A stretch of DNA of 63,950 nt, counting the filler, from Craspedostauros australis (Eukaryota): NCBI GenBank assembly GCA_030167865.1. It is 16 parts of 16 records of this genome, joined end to end, with 100 filler letters (N's around TTAATTAATTAA, not from the genome) between each part and the next. Parts side by side here need not be neighbours in the genome. Positions count along the whole stretch, not along the records: positions 47,194 to 50,941 come from JALAGF010003512.1; positions 51,042 to 58,032 come from JALAGF010003513.1; positions 58,133 to 60,122 come from JALAGF010003514.1; 13 more parts are not named here. One strand, given 5' to 3'. Position 1 is the stretch's first letter. Each line of letters begins with the position of its first letter. Positions 48,815 through 60,222 of this stretch are shown piece after piece. The notes below the pieces were generated by a model. It was not told the origin of the DNA. It made no database searches and was given only the letters and a program-made list of their open reading frames with translations. A program made the translations under genes and the position numbers.

Positions 48815-49592
48815 AAGAGGAGTGCACTTGTTAGAAGATGTGTTACTGTAACGATGAGCAGAGTAGTGCTTTTGTGCTAATCTTGGTTTGTGTCATTATG
48901 AGTTAGTTAGGTGTTGCAGTGGGATGAAGAAACGATGTCACACAGTAGACACGGCTCTGCACTGATTCACATGGTTCAGTGTTTTGAGGACAGACATTGA
49001 ACTTTGCTCTCTGCCATCTCCATGAGCTGTTGCATCGCAGTGTAGATCGTAACAGCTCAGCATTTATTAGCACAACGCTTCATTCACCTGATTCGTTTTC
49101 TGATTAGTCTGTCCCGGTATGTGCTGAAACGATGCTTTCCTCAGACACATGATATTCGGCATAAGGGACACATTAGGGAGAACATCAGAGATTCGGTCTG
49201 GCCACCACCCGGCAAACATGTGGTGTCCAATTTGGCCTGATATACTTCCCAACTAAACCTGAAGTGACAACACCTCTGACAGCCTCAAGCATCATCGACG
49301 GAATGTGGATTTGACAGAGCCATGGAACGGTGATGAGTGACGTCGACACAGAAGACATCATCGCCACATCATGGTCATCTCCACATCAGAACAAGATTGC
49401 AGAGGTGCAATGACCAAGAGCTGACCTTGAAGACAGCAACACAAGATACAACTCAATGAAGATAACATAGTATCAGAAGTCACTCAACCCAATCAGTGTC
49501 TTCACTACACCAGCTCATCACCATTGTCCTGAAAGACTTGATCTCTCTTGAAGGACTCGTGTGATTTCGCTGTGTAGAATAACGAGATAACA
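48815..49592 (+). mobile_element. Polypurine tract plus LTR-like sequence (putative 3' LTR of a copia-type element)
   Basis: AAGAGGAG followed by TG at 48823; ends GAGATAACA. Shares the ACTTCCCAACTAAACCT core with 36718. CpG-poor. Confidence 0.5.
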
Positions 49593-51041
49593 GCATTCGA
49601 TTGAAGCTGAGTTGACGATGCAGCAGTGTATGTGGTTAGAATTCACCCTCGGATTCCCTGCTTGAGTTGAAGCAGATTAGATATGCATGCCATGACCACG
49701 ACAACAATGTAGTGGTCATAGTCATGGAGGGAATTGAGGCATGTTGCGATTGAAAGGATCTGAGGAGCACGTAGCTCCCAAGGCAACTGGAAACAAGTTG
49801 ATCATGGAATTGAGTCAGCAATGATTCGTGAATGGAAGGAGAGAAAGGGGGAGAAGAGGTTTGCAGTCGATCAAGTCAGACGGTTTCACACCAAAAACAA
49901 AGATTCCAGGCATCGGCGGAAGACACCGTGTAGTAGTGGTAGTCTGTCCCTTATTGAACTTCAACTATTCTCCAAACTTGCCGCCGAAATTGGTGATCCG
50001 AGTGGTCAGATATCACTCCGTCTGGCAAAGGAGCACTAAAAGCAAGCATACCAACACACCATCGCACTCAAACACAAAATAGACCACATGGTTGTGACCA
50101 CCTCGGCGATGGGATTCTGAAATGATATCCATTGTGCAGATTGAGCCAAAGACCGCTGAGTCCGGAGACTTCAAAGATGGAGAGTCGAATTTCTAGAATA
50201 ACGAGGCAAGATCCTACCGGACTCCTGTAGAATCCTTTGTGTAGCCAAACATATACAATGAAACCCCGGTCCGTCCATCGTCTGCAGGCAAAACTACACC
50301 AAGGGGGTCAACAAACACATCAAGATCAACAATGTAGTGGTAACAACATGGTATGTTATTACTTGCCTGGATATCCCTGGCTCTTAGGTTTACGCAGATT
50401 CAAAGAGATGTTCGATTGAGTGTCTACAGATTCAAGTCTGAGATCAGGAAAAATGGATCCAATATCTGTAGCCAATAATCGCCAATTTTTTGGGTCTGTT
50501 CGTACGGCACCAGAAATGTTCAGTCTCTACCCACACAGACGGACAAAGGCCAGACTGTGACACACATGACCTCAAAACTTGTTTTGGCGCCATTCGAAAC
50601 GGTCATCGTCGTGTGTCAATTTCTGTCCACATCAAAGCACTCCAAAACCCCAAATCCACGATGTCAAAAATGGACAAGGGATTGCCACCACCATCACAAC
50701 AAGTAGGGAAGATACCGCTGAAGAAGGAGACAGCGCAACAAAACCTGAGTGTTCTCTTAGCCTGATCTGTGCGGTCAGCACAACACAGAGAAGTACAAAC
50801 AGATTCGAACAGACATGAAGTTGAGGAGACCAAGAACAACAAGCTGTTGGTGTGAGCGTGCCTGTCAAACACTCTCTCGAGACTTTCCTCGCTCCACACT
50901 CGCAAACACATCCAAGAGAGCACAGCCATCATAATCATCATNNNNNNNNNNNNNNNNNNNNNNNNNNNNNNNNNNNNNNNNNNNNTTAATTAATTAANNN
51001 NNNNNNNNNNNNNNNNNNNNNNNNNNNNNNNNNNNNNNNNN

Positions 51042-52241
51042 ACTCACAGGGATGAACAGCGACTGCAGAATCTGCAGCAGACTTCGCGGTGAGATTGATC
51101 ATGATCGACGATGAGCAATAGACGATACAACGGGCGCGGTCCTCCTTGATAGTGATGCCCAACAATAACAACAACAACACCATTTGCAGCAGCAACAACG
51201 GAATGGAGGGATGGAAGGAGGCATTCGGATCAGTGGATTCCCATCATGTCTCATTCACACCCGTCAGCTAGTTGATGAGAATGAACCGTGGAACGTCGCA
51301 TCCTCCATGGAGCGGATTGCTATTGCGTGCTTCGTCATCGAGAGAGCTTCCTCAACTACTGTTTCAGTCACGACTTGCATTCGGGTACTCCACATCGAAC
51401 AGCATGCAACGGTCATGTGCGAATTGATCGCGGCGGTACTCATCGTCAAGATCAGATCCGTCCTTGGAGGGAAGGTGGCCTGCTCATCATGGAGTCGAGT
51501 CGAGTAGAGTAGACGGATGTGGTAGCTGAGTCAGCGACGAGTGACTTCTTGTGCTCTACACGATATCGCTGATGCTGCTCCGTTCGTTGTGGAGGTTGTG
51601 GGGACAATCAGGGCAGCCATGGAATATCTTCATGGAATGCCTTCATGGAATTCATCCACGCACCCATGATATCGCTACCGACGTTGCTCCTGCTGATGCT
51701 GATGCTGTTGATGCTGCTGATGCTGATGCTGCTGATGCTGCTGATGGGGTTACTGTGACAGCGGCGAATGATGAGAACATCAAGTCACACGGAATGCCGA
51801 CATCAACCACATCCACTGTTGCCCATCCATCCATCAGCGGCGCAGAACTTCCTGGTGATCGCGCAGATCAGCTGCGATATGCTCCATGCGCTTCGCACTG
51901 TTGTTCCACACGTTGTTCCGCGATGCGTTCAACCTTGCTGCGGGTATCCTCTATTCCCAAGTCTCTATTCTCGTGGACAAGAAGCGCCCGTCATGACTGC
52001 TTTCTCTCCGTCATCTTCCACCCACCCTGCACGAGTACGACTGTGCCTTCCGAGATCTCGCTACCAACCAGGCATGGCGTGTTGATCAATGCCATCGTGG
52101 GTGTTGCCGGGAATGTCCCATCATTCGGATGGTGGTTGATGATCGATGATGAATGATGGATGGGTGGGTGGGTGTGTTCCTGTCCGTCCTCTCTTGCTCG
52201 CACCCAGCGTATCTTCATTTGTGTCGGTTTGTGATCTTGTT
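51042..52241 (+). repeat. Duplicated segment (allele of 47194-48380)
   Basis: Direct alignment by eye. Confidence 0.93.
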
Positions 52242-52722
52242 GGTTGGACGGAAATGGATGGTCGTGAAATGTGTGTTGCCGATTGTGGGAGTCGAAGTCG
52301 ACCGCGTTGAGCTCGCCGCAGGTGTTACGGACAGACGTAGTACATGATATTCGCAGAACAGAGAAGTGCGAAGAAATCAAGTAAAAAAGAAGACAGAGAG
52401 TCCACATCCAGAAGCACACACCGAATGTCCAAGGTGACAAGAGAACCCAAGATGACCAACAGAGACAAGTGATGATGTTCCCAACTGCCCTCTCACAAAC
52501 ATCTGAGTGACCTTTCAATCCGTATTGGTGCAATACATTCATCGATTCAACTTCCATTTGGATGAGCGTTTCCACAGCATCGCTTCCAACCTCATCTACC
52601 AATGCAACTTCCCTTCTGCCCACAAAGCACACACGCATCGAAACCAACATCCAGCAACACCACAAGCCAAGCAACCCAACTTCCAGCCAATCTCCCAGCC
52701 AGCCACCACCAATACGTGTGCC

Positions 52723-55700
52723 ATGCATTGCGCTCTCCTCCTCGGTGCGCCAGCAAGGCGAAAGAAGATGATGTCATCAATGGCGTCACTGACAACCTTC
52801 GTGAACTCCGTGAGGGGATTCACCGTCCCACGCACATGCTTGTCACCGCCTTCAGCCTCCAGATTCGCCTCTTCGATCCCTTTCGCACAAGCTAGACCGT
52901 TGTCCTCTCTCAATCTATCTCGGTCTCCGCCACTCCAGTATCGTCGTAGCTTTCGGCGGTGGCAACCGCAACAACAATCACAACCTCAGCAGCTGTGGTG
53001 GTCTGCTTCTTGTCGCCGCGCAGCATCCACCGGCGGCGATAACCAATCTACGCCAGAGCCGCCAACAGATGTCAGTGACTACGAGGACCTCTTCAACACT
53101 TCTGCATTCTGGGATGCCAATTTGAAAAACGAAGATGTCGAGAAGATGCTGAACCAGCATTTTAGCATGGCCGCTCCCACGACTGACTTCTGGAACACCG
53201 TGGTCAGGCGCAGGCACATCTTCGTCGACACTGCTAAACCAGAACACAACCAAGCACGCCATTTGGAGGGCATAGCAAACATGATCCTGAACATCTTTGC
53301 CACCGACCCCTTGAGTCTATGGATCAAGTCTCCACAACGTGAAGACGACATGAACAGAAAGAACGTCTTCAACTGGGTTCGGTCATCCTTGAAGAAGAAA
53401 CCTGAGAACCTTCACAAGGCAATCCTAAATGACTTGGAAGCGTTTGCCAGCAGCAACAACAGCTTTTTCGGAGGCATAAAAACGCTGAATTGCAGCAATA
53501 ACAACGTCAAAATCTTCTATGTTGGTCGTGCCAACTTTCGGCACAAGGGAAAGGACAGAACACAACTACTGAAGGTCTTTCTCAACAAGCCGGAAGCAGA
53601 CCATGACGACAGGGTGTTGATTTATCACACCAACAGCGGCACCGGCAAGTCTGTCGAACTTGCAGCAAGCGGATACCTGCGAGGAGGAGTGATGAGCATC
53701 ATGAACATGGTTTCCAAAGACATCCCCACCAGAGACGACACAACGTCTCGAAAGAGTGAATGTCGCGAGGCACTCTTCTCCTGCCTGGACGAAATTGTTA
53801 GAACAGACAAGGATATATTCGAAACACTCATCAAATCAATGAATGCTTGGGAAGAACCCGCCACAACGAACAGCCCGACCCAAACTCCTGAATCTGTTCG
53901 AATCGTTTTTTGCATCGATGAGGCATCTTCATGTCCAAACCTCCTACGTGCAATCATCAGCGAATACAAAGCTCTGGGGGAAGAGTTGGGAGAGTACATC
54001 GCAAATGGCTTCGGCGGCACTATCGACACCACAACAGCAAGGGCGATTCAAGTTCTTTTCTCTGCTGCAGGCACGGGAGCGTATGGAGGCTCATTTGGAT
54101 CTCTCGATACGAATTATCAATATCTCACACCCACTGGCAACGTAGTGGGGGAAGGCCTGTACAACACACTCACATCCGAATACGAGTACAACGATCGCAA
54201 CAAGATTGGGACGCTTCCGGCATTCAAGGAATTGGAAGCTGCCCCGTTTCTCTGGGTGATCGTGCAGCAAAATGCAAGGATGGCTTCCATCCTCATTGAT
54301 AAAATGTACAACTTGCAACTCAGGTACAACCATCCACATGAGGAAGCCACACTCATGTCGTTGGTGTTTGAGAGGTATATTCGCAGCAACGGAATGCGCT
54401 TCCTTTGGTATTATCAGGGAGATTTTGACCAGTCGAAGTTGAGCGCAACAAGCAGCCGACTACATGTAGGATCAATGGGACTTGCCACTTATTTTTATCC
54501 ACAACCTGCCACGATTCCAGAAGACGAGGATGAGATGAACGAGCTCGCGGTGGGATTCGACTACGGCATCGAATTCCAGTCGTCTTCTGCCCCAGAAGGA
54601 AAAGCCAAATCTGAAACTGGGTCTGAATCTGAATCTAGTAACGCTGTTGTTCCGCATGGCAGCAACGTCGCTAGCAACAGAAAGAAAAGGCGTCGAAGGC
54701 TCATGGAGCTTCTTGTTCGAGAGTGCGGATTGGTGACACAGAGAGAGTTTTCCGAGAAGACAAGCAACAACGTACTGGAAGAGCCGTTCATCCTCAACGA
54801 AGCGATGCAACTGCTCTGCGTCTGGTTCATGCAGGGTAGTCAGAGATTGAGGGGCACAGAATCACTATTGGAGACGACTCCGTTTAGATTCGAGATGCTG
54901 TCAACCCAGCTCGTGAGTTGCGCTATCTCTGCAGCCATGACTGTCCAGGTTGAACACCGGCCGAACGTCCACATGATCTTTGCGAAAGCCCTTGGGATGT
55001 TTCGGAGCAAGTGCACCCTGGAAGGAAAAGAAATGTCATGTGTGGATCCGAACGTCGAAGCTGCGTGGGCAGCACTGAAGGATGTGATCCCTGTTACAGT
55101 CGAATGTAAGCTTGCAATGGACGGCATGTATCGCCATAAATCTCCAATGTGGCTGAAGGTCAAGTCAGAAGCTGAAGGTGATGAGGAGTCGGATACAAGC
55201 AAAGAGGATGGCAAAACGTCAGCAACAGCAACGAACACCAAGCCGAAGGACCCTGAGGCCTGGGACAACATGGCGTCAATGGCAATCAGCAAGGGCGACA
55301 CCTTGGATCTTCGCTCTCTTGAATACCTCGACGAAATGAACGACTTCGATGCCGACGTGGCTATGAGAAGCCAACAGGATGAGACCCTCATCATGGACCA
55401 AGACATGTTGCAAGGTCTCACACAGATGAGACAGAACAAGGCGTGTGACGGTCCATCACATCACTTCACTCCAGCTCTGTGCAGTGTGGCGGAAGGTACC
55501 AGCAACGTGGCGGATGGAACCATCTCCTTCATCGGTGCCAAGTGGAATGAAATGGAGGGGAAATTGGAGGGCCACGCAATGTATACCATCTGCGTCCAAG
55601 CCGATGACGTCTTTGAAGGTCACACCACTAGCACACAGATCCGCGACAAAGTGAATGCAGTGAAACATGAGCTCCTCGACATTCCTTTCGGGAAGAATCG

Positions 55701-55989
55701 CCTGATCTGCATGCTCTCCACAGAAGAGGAGCTGCTGGATGCACCCATGGAACCCCAGCCATGTTCGGATGACCAGAGCAAGAGCAAGAGCAAGGAGGAA
55801 GAGATAGAATCAGAGGCAGTGGACGAGCTGAGGACGATGACGACGACAAAACGGAGCTGTCCGATTGTTTCCTTCCAAACCAACGAACCAAAGATCCTGG
55901 CTGGAGTGATGATGACACTTGACGAACGTCGCAAAAGGCAGGAGAAGAGCGTGGAGCATGGCGTGATGCTGAAATACGAGGAACAGTAG
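52723..55989 (+). CDS. Large P-loop NTPase protein with transit-peptide-like N-terminus and possible C-terminal restriction-endonuclease-like domain (Crinkler/RHS-type architecture)
   Basis: Intronless ORF of about 1090 aa. Walker A HTNSGTGKS (53626), Walker B IVFCIDEA (53902), SAAGTG (54061) and NAR (54271). C-terminal NVADG...ICVQAD. Confidence 0.75.
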   Translation: MHCALLLGAPARRKKMMSSMASLTTFVNSVRGFTVPRTCLSPPSASRFASSIPFAQARPLSSLNLSRSPPLQYRRSFRRWQPQQQSQPQQLWWSASCRRAASTGGDNQSTPEPPTDVSDYEDLFNTSAFWDANLKNEDVEKMLNQHFSMAAPTTDFWNTVVRRRHIFVDTAKPEHNQARHLEGIANMILNIFATDPLSLWIKSPQREDDMNRKNVFNWVRSSLKKKPENLHKAILNDLEAFASSNNSFFGGIKTLNCSNNNVKIFYVGRANFRHKGKDRTQLLKVFLNKPEADHDDRVLIYHTNSGTGKSVELAASGYLRGGVMSIMNMVSKDIPTRDDTTSRKSECREALFSCLDEIVRTDKDIFETLIKSMNAWEEPATTNSPTQTPESVRIVFCIDEASSCPNLLRAIISEYKALGEELGEYIANGFGGTIDTTTARAIQVLFSAAGTGAYGGSFGSLDTNYQYLTPTGNVVGEGLYNTLTSEYEYNDRNKIGTLPAFKELEAAPFLWVIVQQNARMASILIDKMYNLQLRYNHPHEEATLMSLVFERYIRSNGMRFLWYYQGDFDQSKLSATSSRLHVGSMGLATYFYPQPATIPEDEDEMNELAVGFDYGIEFQSSSAPEGKAKSETGSESESSNAVVPHGSNVASNRKKRRRRLMELLVRECGLVTQREFSEKTSNNVLEEPFILNEAMQLLCVWFMQGSQRLRGTESLLETTPFRFEMLSTQLVSCAISAAMTVQVEHRPNVHMIFAKALGMFRSKCTLEGKEMSCVDPNVEAAWAALKDVIPVTVECKLAMDGMYRHKSPMWLKVKSEAEGDEESDTSKEDGKTSATATNTKPKDPEAWDNMASMAISKGDTLDLRSLEYLDEMNDFDADVAMRSQQDETLIMDQDMLQGLTQMRQNKACDGPSHHFTPALCSVAEGTSNVADGTISFIGAKWNEMEGKLEGHAMYTICVQADDVFEGHTTSTQIRDKVNAVKHELLDIPFGKNRLICMLSTEEELLDAPMEPQPCSDDQSKSKSKEEEIESEAVDELRTMTTTKRSCPIVSFQTNEPKILAGVMMTLDERRKRQEKSVEHGVMLKYEEQ

Positions 55990-57016
55990 GAAGTCAAGCG
56001 CAGCAGCAACAGACTCGTCCCTTACCACATACGCACAACAAAATGGGACATCAAACACTGCTCTTTCCAGTAGTAGAGAGTTCTCATGATAGATCCACGG
56101 ATGTAACTTGTAGAGTGCGGAATTGTCGAAACAGTTTTGGCTACTCTACTCGATGCACCTACTTTGTTTTGATATGCAGCAAGCATCCAGGTACTGCGAT
56201 CGGCGCAACAGATGGCCACTGTCAACTTGATTGGCGAGACACTGTGTGCGAGTAGACACCGTGCACCTGCATCCAACATCCTCCGTCTTGATGCTCCGAT
56301 TGCTCCGCCTCAATCTGCTCGCTTCTGTGTTGACGTCGATGCAATGGTGCAGTTTGAGTGAGATGATCGAACGCGGATTGCTTGGACCAAAATCTATGCC
56401 GCCGCCCCTGCCGGCAAAGTGAAGCGGTTTGTGGACGCACTTGCCTTGTCTTGGACGTCGGGATTGGTGCTGGTATTAATGTCGGCGTTGTTGTCGGTTG
56501 GTCGAAGCCAGTATAGTAGAGCATGTACGTGAGTGTATTCCACAGCATGGCGGTTCCGACAATGGCAGAGACACAATATTCCCAACACATGACTGTCTTC
56601 ATGACTTCTACAGTCTCTCCTGTGCTGTCAAGTCAAAACCACAGTCACAATCGTATTCACCGCTGACAGCATCGTCGCCTGATGCAGCTTCAGCTCCAGT
56701 GCGGCATTGCACCGATACTCGAAGAATTGAGATGTGGTTGGTCGTCCAAATGTAATGCACTTGAGAGTACCGGTAGCGTAGAGTGTGGAGTGCTGCGCAT
56801 CCGTTATACTCTGGCTCGTACGACAGGCCCTATCCGTACATACGTCTGCTCTATTTTTCTTTTGCTTGGCAGCAGAGGTGTCCGCTGGTATCTCCATCAG
56901 GTTCGGCGCCTCTTCATCCTTTTGCGCTTCGGGCTGCGCCGCCTCGACCGACTTGTCCGTCGTTCGCATGTTGGAAATCCGGGGTAACCCAGTCTCTAGT
57001 AGTAGTATCTGATTAC

Positions 57017-57546
57017 CTATTCCTGTTGTTGCATTGTTGGAACTGTGAGTACAACATCTCCATCTCTTTCAATTCCATTTGCCATAGCATACATAATCAA
57101 CAGTAGCACACAGTCTTGCCCTTGCTCATGTAGTGCTGTCTCCTGCTTCATCATGTCATGCATCATGCACTTCATGTACATCTCATCTTGCAGTATCAAT
57201 GCATTTCATCATTCATCTCAGATATTCCATCTCCTGCTCTCTGCATGCATCTCATCATGCATTTCAGTAGTTTCATTTTGCTCTACGCTCATGCAGTACA
57301 TCTCATAGTCATCTCAGTATCTCCTCACAGGTTTCGTATTGATCGATCCCACATCGTCCTCGATTCCTCAGAATTCCTCTCACACGACCATCATGTCACC
57401 TGTCGTTTCTCTTTTGTGCTCTTGGGTGACTGGGAGATCGCCTCTGTTTCTCCTTCTCACCGTTTCTCCCTTTCAGGTGACTCCGGTGTGTCTCTGTCCG
57501 TAGAGGTGCGTCGACTTGGTTGGGATTTATTGTTCACGTTGTCCAT
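57017..57546 (-). pseudogene. CpG-decayed ORF relic, probably transposon-derived
   Basis: MDNVNNKSQPSRR... frame broken by repeated TGA codons in Arg/Glu-rich context. Only one CpG seen between about 56985 and 57334, with excess CA/TG. Confidence 0.55.
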
Positions 57547-57600
57547 AGTTGTTGGCCCATGCGCGGATGCATCCCTAGTGTCTCGTGGCTAATTTCTGGT

Positions 57601-57870
57601 TTTTTGGTAATTATTGGTAACTATTGGTAACCATTGGCATATCGCCGACGGCACAAGCAACCATTCGATGAGTTGATGGCCGTTGACCGACATCTTTGCA
57701 TAATTAGAAAGAGGAGAGTGAGAGCTATCTGTTGATGTCTTCATTGTTGGCAAACAGTCTCCGCTTGATGTTCATCTTGATGCCTCTTTTTACCCTTTAT
57801 CGGCCTTTTTCATACGAACGACGTACGGACGTGATTTTGGTATTTTTTCGTTGGTAACCATTGGTAACCG
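57601..57870. repeat. 10-bp tandem motif (nnATTGGTAA) in two clusters
   Basis: Four units at 57601-57640 and two at 57851-57870. Confidence 0.8.
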
Positions 57871-58132
57871 CGTAGAGTCTACGACGTTCTGGTACAGAAA
57901 TTTGGTGCTTCTTCGTCCAATCTCGATCAACCGTCTTCCAAAGACCCGCATCCAATTCTGTTTCGTCTATTGCTCAAGTGAATGGCATGGCTGTATTCGT
58001 CACTTCATTCTGCTTCGGGTGGTGTGCTGGTCNNNNNNNNNNNNNNNNNNNNNNNNNNNNNNNNNNNNNNNNNNNNTTAATTAATTAANNNNNNNNNNNN
58101 NNNNNNNNNNNNNNNNNNNNNNNNNNNNNNNN

Positions 58133-60122
58133 GACGAGGGCTCTGCTATACTCGGCTGGTCTCAAGCCACAGTTTTGGGCCCTTGCACTTGTGCATTCGG
58201 TCTACTTGAAGAACCGACTGTGGCATGCGTCCATCTCCAAGACGCCGTACGAACTCCAGCATGGGGTCAAGCCTGATCTTCAACACCTGCGTGTCTTTGG
58301 ATCCCGCGTCACTGTTCGCAAACCTGGGCATCCGCCTGCGAAGCTCGACGTACATACCTACAATGGCGTCTTCGTGGGGCACACTGCAACGCCAACCCTT
58401 CATCGATACTACGACCTGGACTCTGGCCGCATCAAAACTGCTGGCAACATCGTGTTCGACGAGGCTCACTTCACGTCCAGCAGTCGACCTCCGGGACCGC
58501 AGCTTTTGTTCGAGCTGGGATTTCACGCACCTCATGGCGTTGACACGTCGATCCCGGTGAAGGGTGATAGTGTCCCAGTCGACGGTTCCGGTGGACACCG
58601 CGTCCTGGTCGAGTCCTGCGTGACATGCGGTGATTCCGAGTTACACGCCGCCGCTGCAGCGTGCTCTTCCACCATTCGTCGCTTTGCGCGATCACTGGAG
58701 ATGGCAAGCGAACCTTTCGGTTTTCCATTCGCACAAGACATTGAGGTGTCTGGCTCGGACCCGTGTGCTGGACTGGTGCTTGTGCACGACGATGCGCGAG
58801 GGCGGCTGCAGCTGCAGACATGTACACCTGGCACTCCGGCTGCTCGCATTCCCCGATGGCGGTCACGTCTCCGGTCTGCACATTTGCTCACACTGGATGG
58901 CACAGACATTTCCAGTGGTGATGAAGTCGTTCGTATCATCTCGAGTGCACGACAATGCAAGGCAGGTCCAATCGTCGCGATCTTCGCTTTTGATGAGGCA
59001 CGCAACGCGCTGTCACAACAGGGTGTCCCGCAGCTCTACTTCGACCAGCTTCGACATGTCCAGGACGTCCTTCGACAGATTTCGCCGCAGGCTCGCGCTG
59101 TCACTGATGCTCCCAAGCTCACACGCCGCAAATTGTTGCTGCGAGATGACTGGGATGAGTGGCAAGCTGCAGAGTTCAAGCAGATGGAGCAATACCACCA
59201 TCAAGGGATGTTCGGTGATCCAGTGGATGCTCCTTCCGGTGCGGCGGTGTTCAATTGGGTGTGGGTGTATGTTGTGAAGACCCATGAGAACAACCGCAAG
59301 AAGGCCCGCGCAGTCTGCGATGGTTCCACCCGAGGGGGCAACGTCCGTGTCTTTGGTCATACCTACGCTGCCACGCCGGATCTCACTGAGTTTCGCATCC
59401 TTGTTGCTATTGCTGCCGTCCAACGCCTGCTCATCTTTGGGGCTGATGTCGCCAATGCTTTTGCCGAAGCTCCGGCCAGCGCGCAACGATACTACATGAA
59501 GGTGGACGATCAATTCCGTTCGTGGTGGGAGCAGAAGCATGGTGCTACCATTCCTCGTGGCCATGTTGTGCCCGTTCTCAAGAACCTACAGGGTCATCCT
59601 GAGGCGCCTCGGCAATGGAGCATCCATGTCAATGGGATCATGAAGCGCATGGGCCTGACATCCACCACGCACGCCCCGTGCCTTTACACTGGACTCATCC
59701 GCGGTGAGCGTGTCTTCATACTCCGGCAAGTCGATGACTTCGCAGTCGCCACATCACGACGGCACACCTACATCGCGTTCTGTGATTTGCTTGACGAGCA
59801 ACTCAATCAACCTATCACTAGGCATGGACTCTTCTCCCACTACAATGGGCTTGACCTCACTCAGGGCCGATCACATGTGACAGTACACTGCACCACATAC
59901 CTGAACAAGGTGCTCCAAAAGCATGGATGGCAAGATCTTCGGTCGTCGCAACGACTCCCCATGCGCGCGGACAACGGGTACATTCGACAACTGGACAGTG
60001 CAGACGTCCCAGCTACTGAAGGAGAGCGGCGACAACTACAGGCATCGTTCTTCAGTTATCGGCAGGCCATTGGTGAACTGATTTGGGCCATGGTTTCGTG
60101 CCGTCCGGACATATCGTTCCCC
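58133..60122 (+). mobile_element. Ty1/copia (CoDi-like) pol fragment: integrase C-terminus, PDZ-like insert, reverse transcriptase
   Basis: YLKNRLWH, TPYE, PDLQHLRVFGS, GVFVGH; KKARAVCDG, GADVANAF, VLKNLQGHPEAPRQW, ILRQVDDF, YRQAIGELIWAMVSCRPDI. Uninterrupted frame. Confidence 0.95.
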
Positions 60123-60222
60123 NNNNNNNNNNNNNNNNNNNNNNNNNNNNNNNNNNNNNNNNNNNNTTAATTAATTAANNNNNNNNNNNNNNNNNNNNNN
60201 NNNNNNNNNNNNNNNNNNNNNN

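Noticed and set aside
57017..57546. TGA recoding (selenocysteine or alternative genetic code)
   Set aside because: Intact genes here (RING, ankyrin, MED17-like) end in TGA, and local CpG loss explains the stops.
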